A stretch of DNA of 63,360 bases, the filler included, from Folioceros fuciformis (lineage: Eukaryota): the NCBI GenBank assembly GCA_049999805.1. It is 14 parts of 14 records of this genome, joined end to end, with 100 filler letters (N's around TTAATTAATTAA, not from the genome) between each part and the next. Parts side by side here need not be neighbours in the genome. Positions count along the whole stretch, not along the records: positions 59,933 to 63,360 come from JBNGIO010003577.1; 13 more parts are not named here. One strand, given 5' to 3'. Both the position numbers and the translations under genes were made by a program. Shown here in pieces: positions 63,262 through 63,360 of this stretch. The notes beneath the pieces are model-generated. The model was given only the letters and a program-made list of their open reading frames with translations. It had not been told where the DNA came from and did no database searches. Every line of letters begins with the position of its first letter. Within the stretch, counting starts at the first letter, position 1.

Positions 63262-63360
63262 CACATGCATGAAAGAAGAGGAACAACTGAAGTTAACATA
63301 TGCATGAAAGAGGAACAAATGAAGTTAACACATGCATGAAAGAGGAACAAATGAAGTTAA
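63262..63360. repeat. 32-bp tandem repeat (TGCATGAAAGAGGAACAAATGAAGTTAACACA), ~3 copies to the window end
   Basis: Visible directly. Confidence 0.9.

Overview
Eukaryotic land-plant nuclear draft sequence, not a prokaryote. It is 14 unrelated small scaffolds joined by 13 artificial 100-nt linkers (44 N + TTAATTAATTAA + 44 N) at 6315-6414, 10114-10213, 12840-12939, 15358-15457, 18496-18595, 25692-25791, 33214-33313, 35455-35554, 43045-43144, 49242-49341, 56209-56308, 57793-57892 and 59833-59932, so neighbourhoods across linkers are meaningless. Compact genes with short introns and a PLS-PPR with long-L repeats and a 'PGQSWWTD' (WW-type) box suggest a hornwort (inference). Spliced genes I could reconstruct: coatomer zeta, peroxisomal AAE17/18-type acyl-activating enzyme (SKL), R3HCC1L-like protein, malectin-GDPC-LRR receptor kinase, RNF216/TRIAD3-type RBR E3 ligase and TIC100. 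Genes with no intron in the visible CDS: the PLS-PPR (decayed DYW domain), a KIC/PBP1 EF-hand protein, and an unknown, probably plastid-targeted coiled-coil protein with 22-aa repeats and a YxxLSxxVH motif. There is also an SBE3 pseudogene, LINE, hAT, MULE and Ty3/gypsy relics, and many minisatellites. The best novelty candidates are the unknown repeat protein (15530-16347), the plant RNF216 orthologue and the DYW:WW-derived truncated editing factor. All family assignments rest on motifs recognised from memory; no database search was run.
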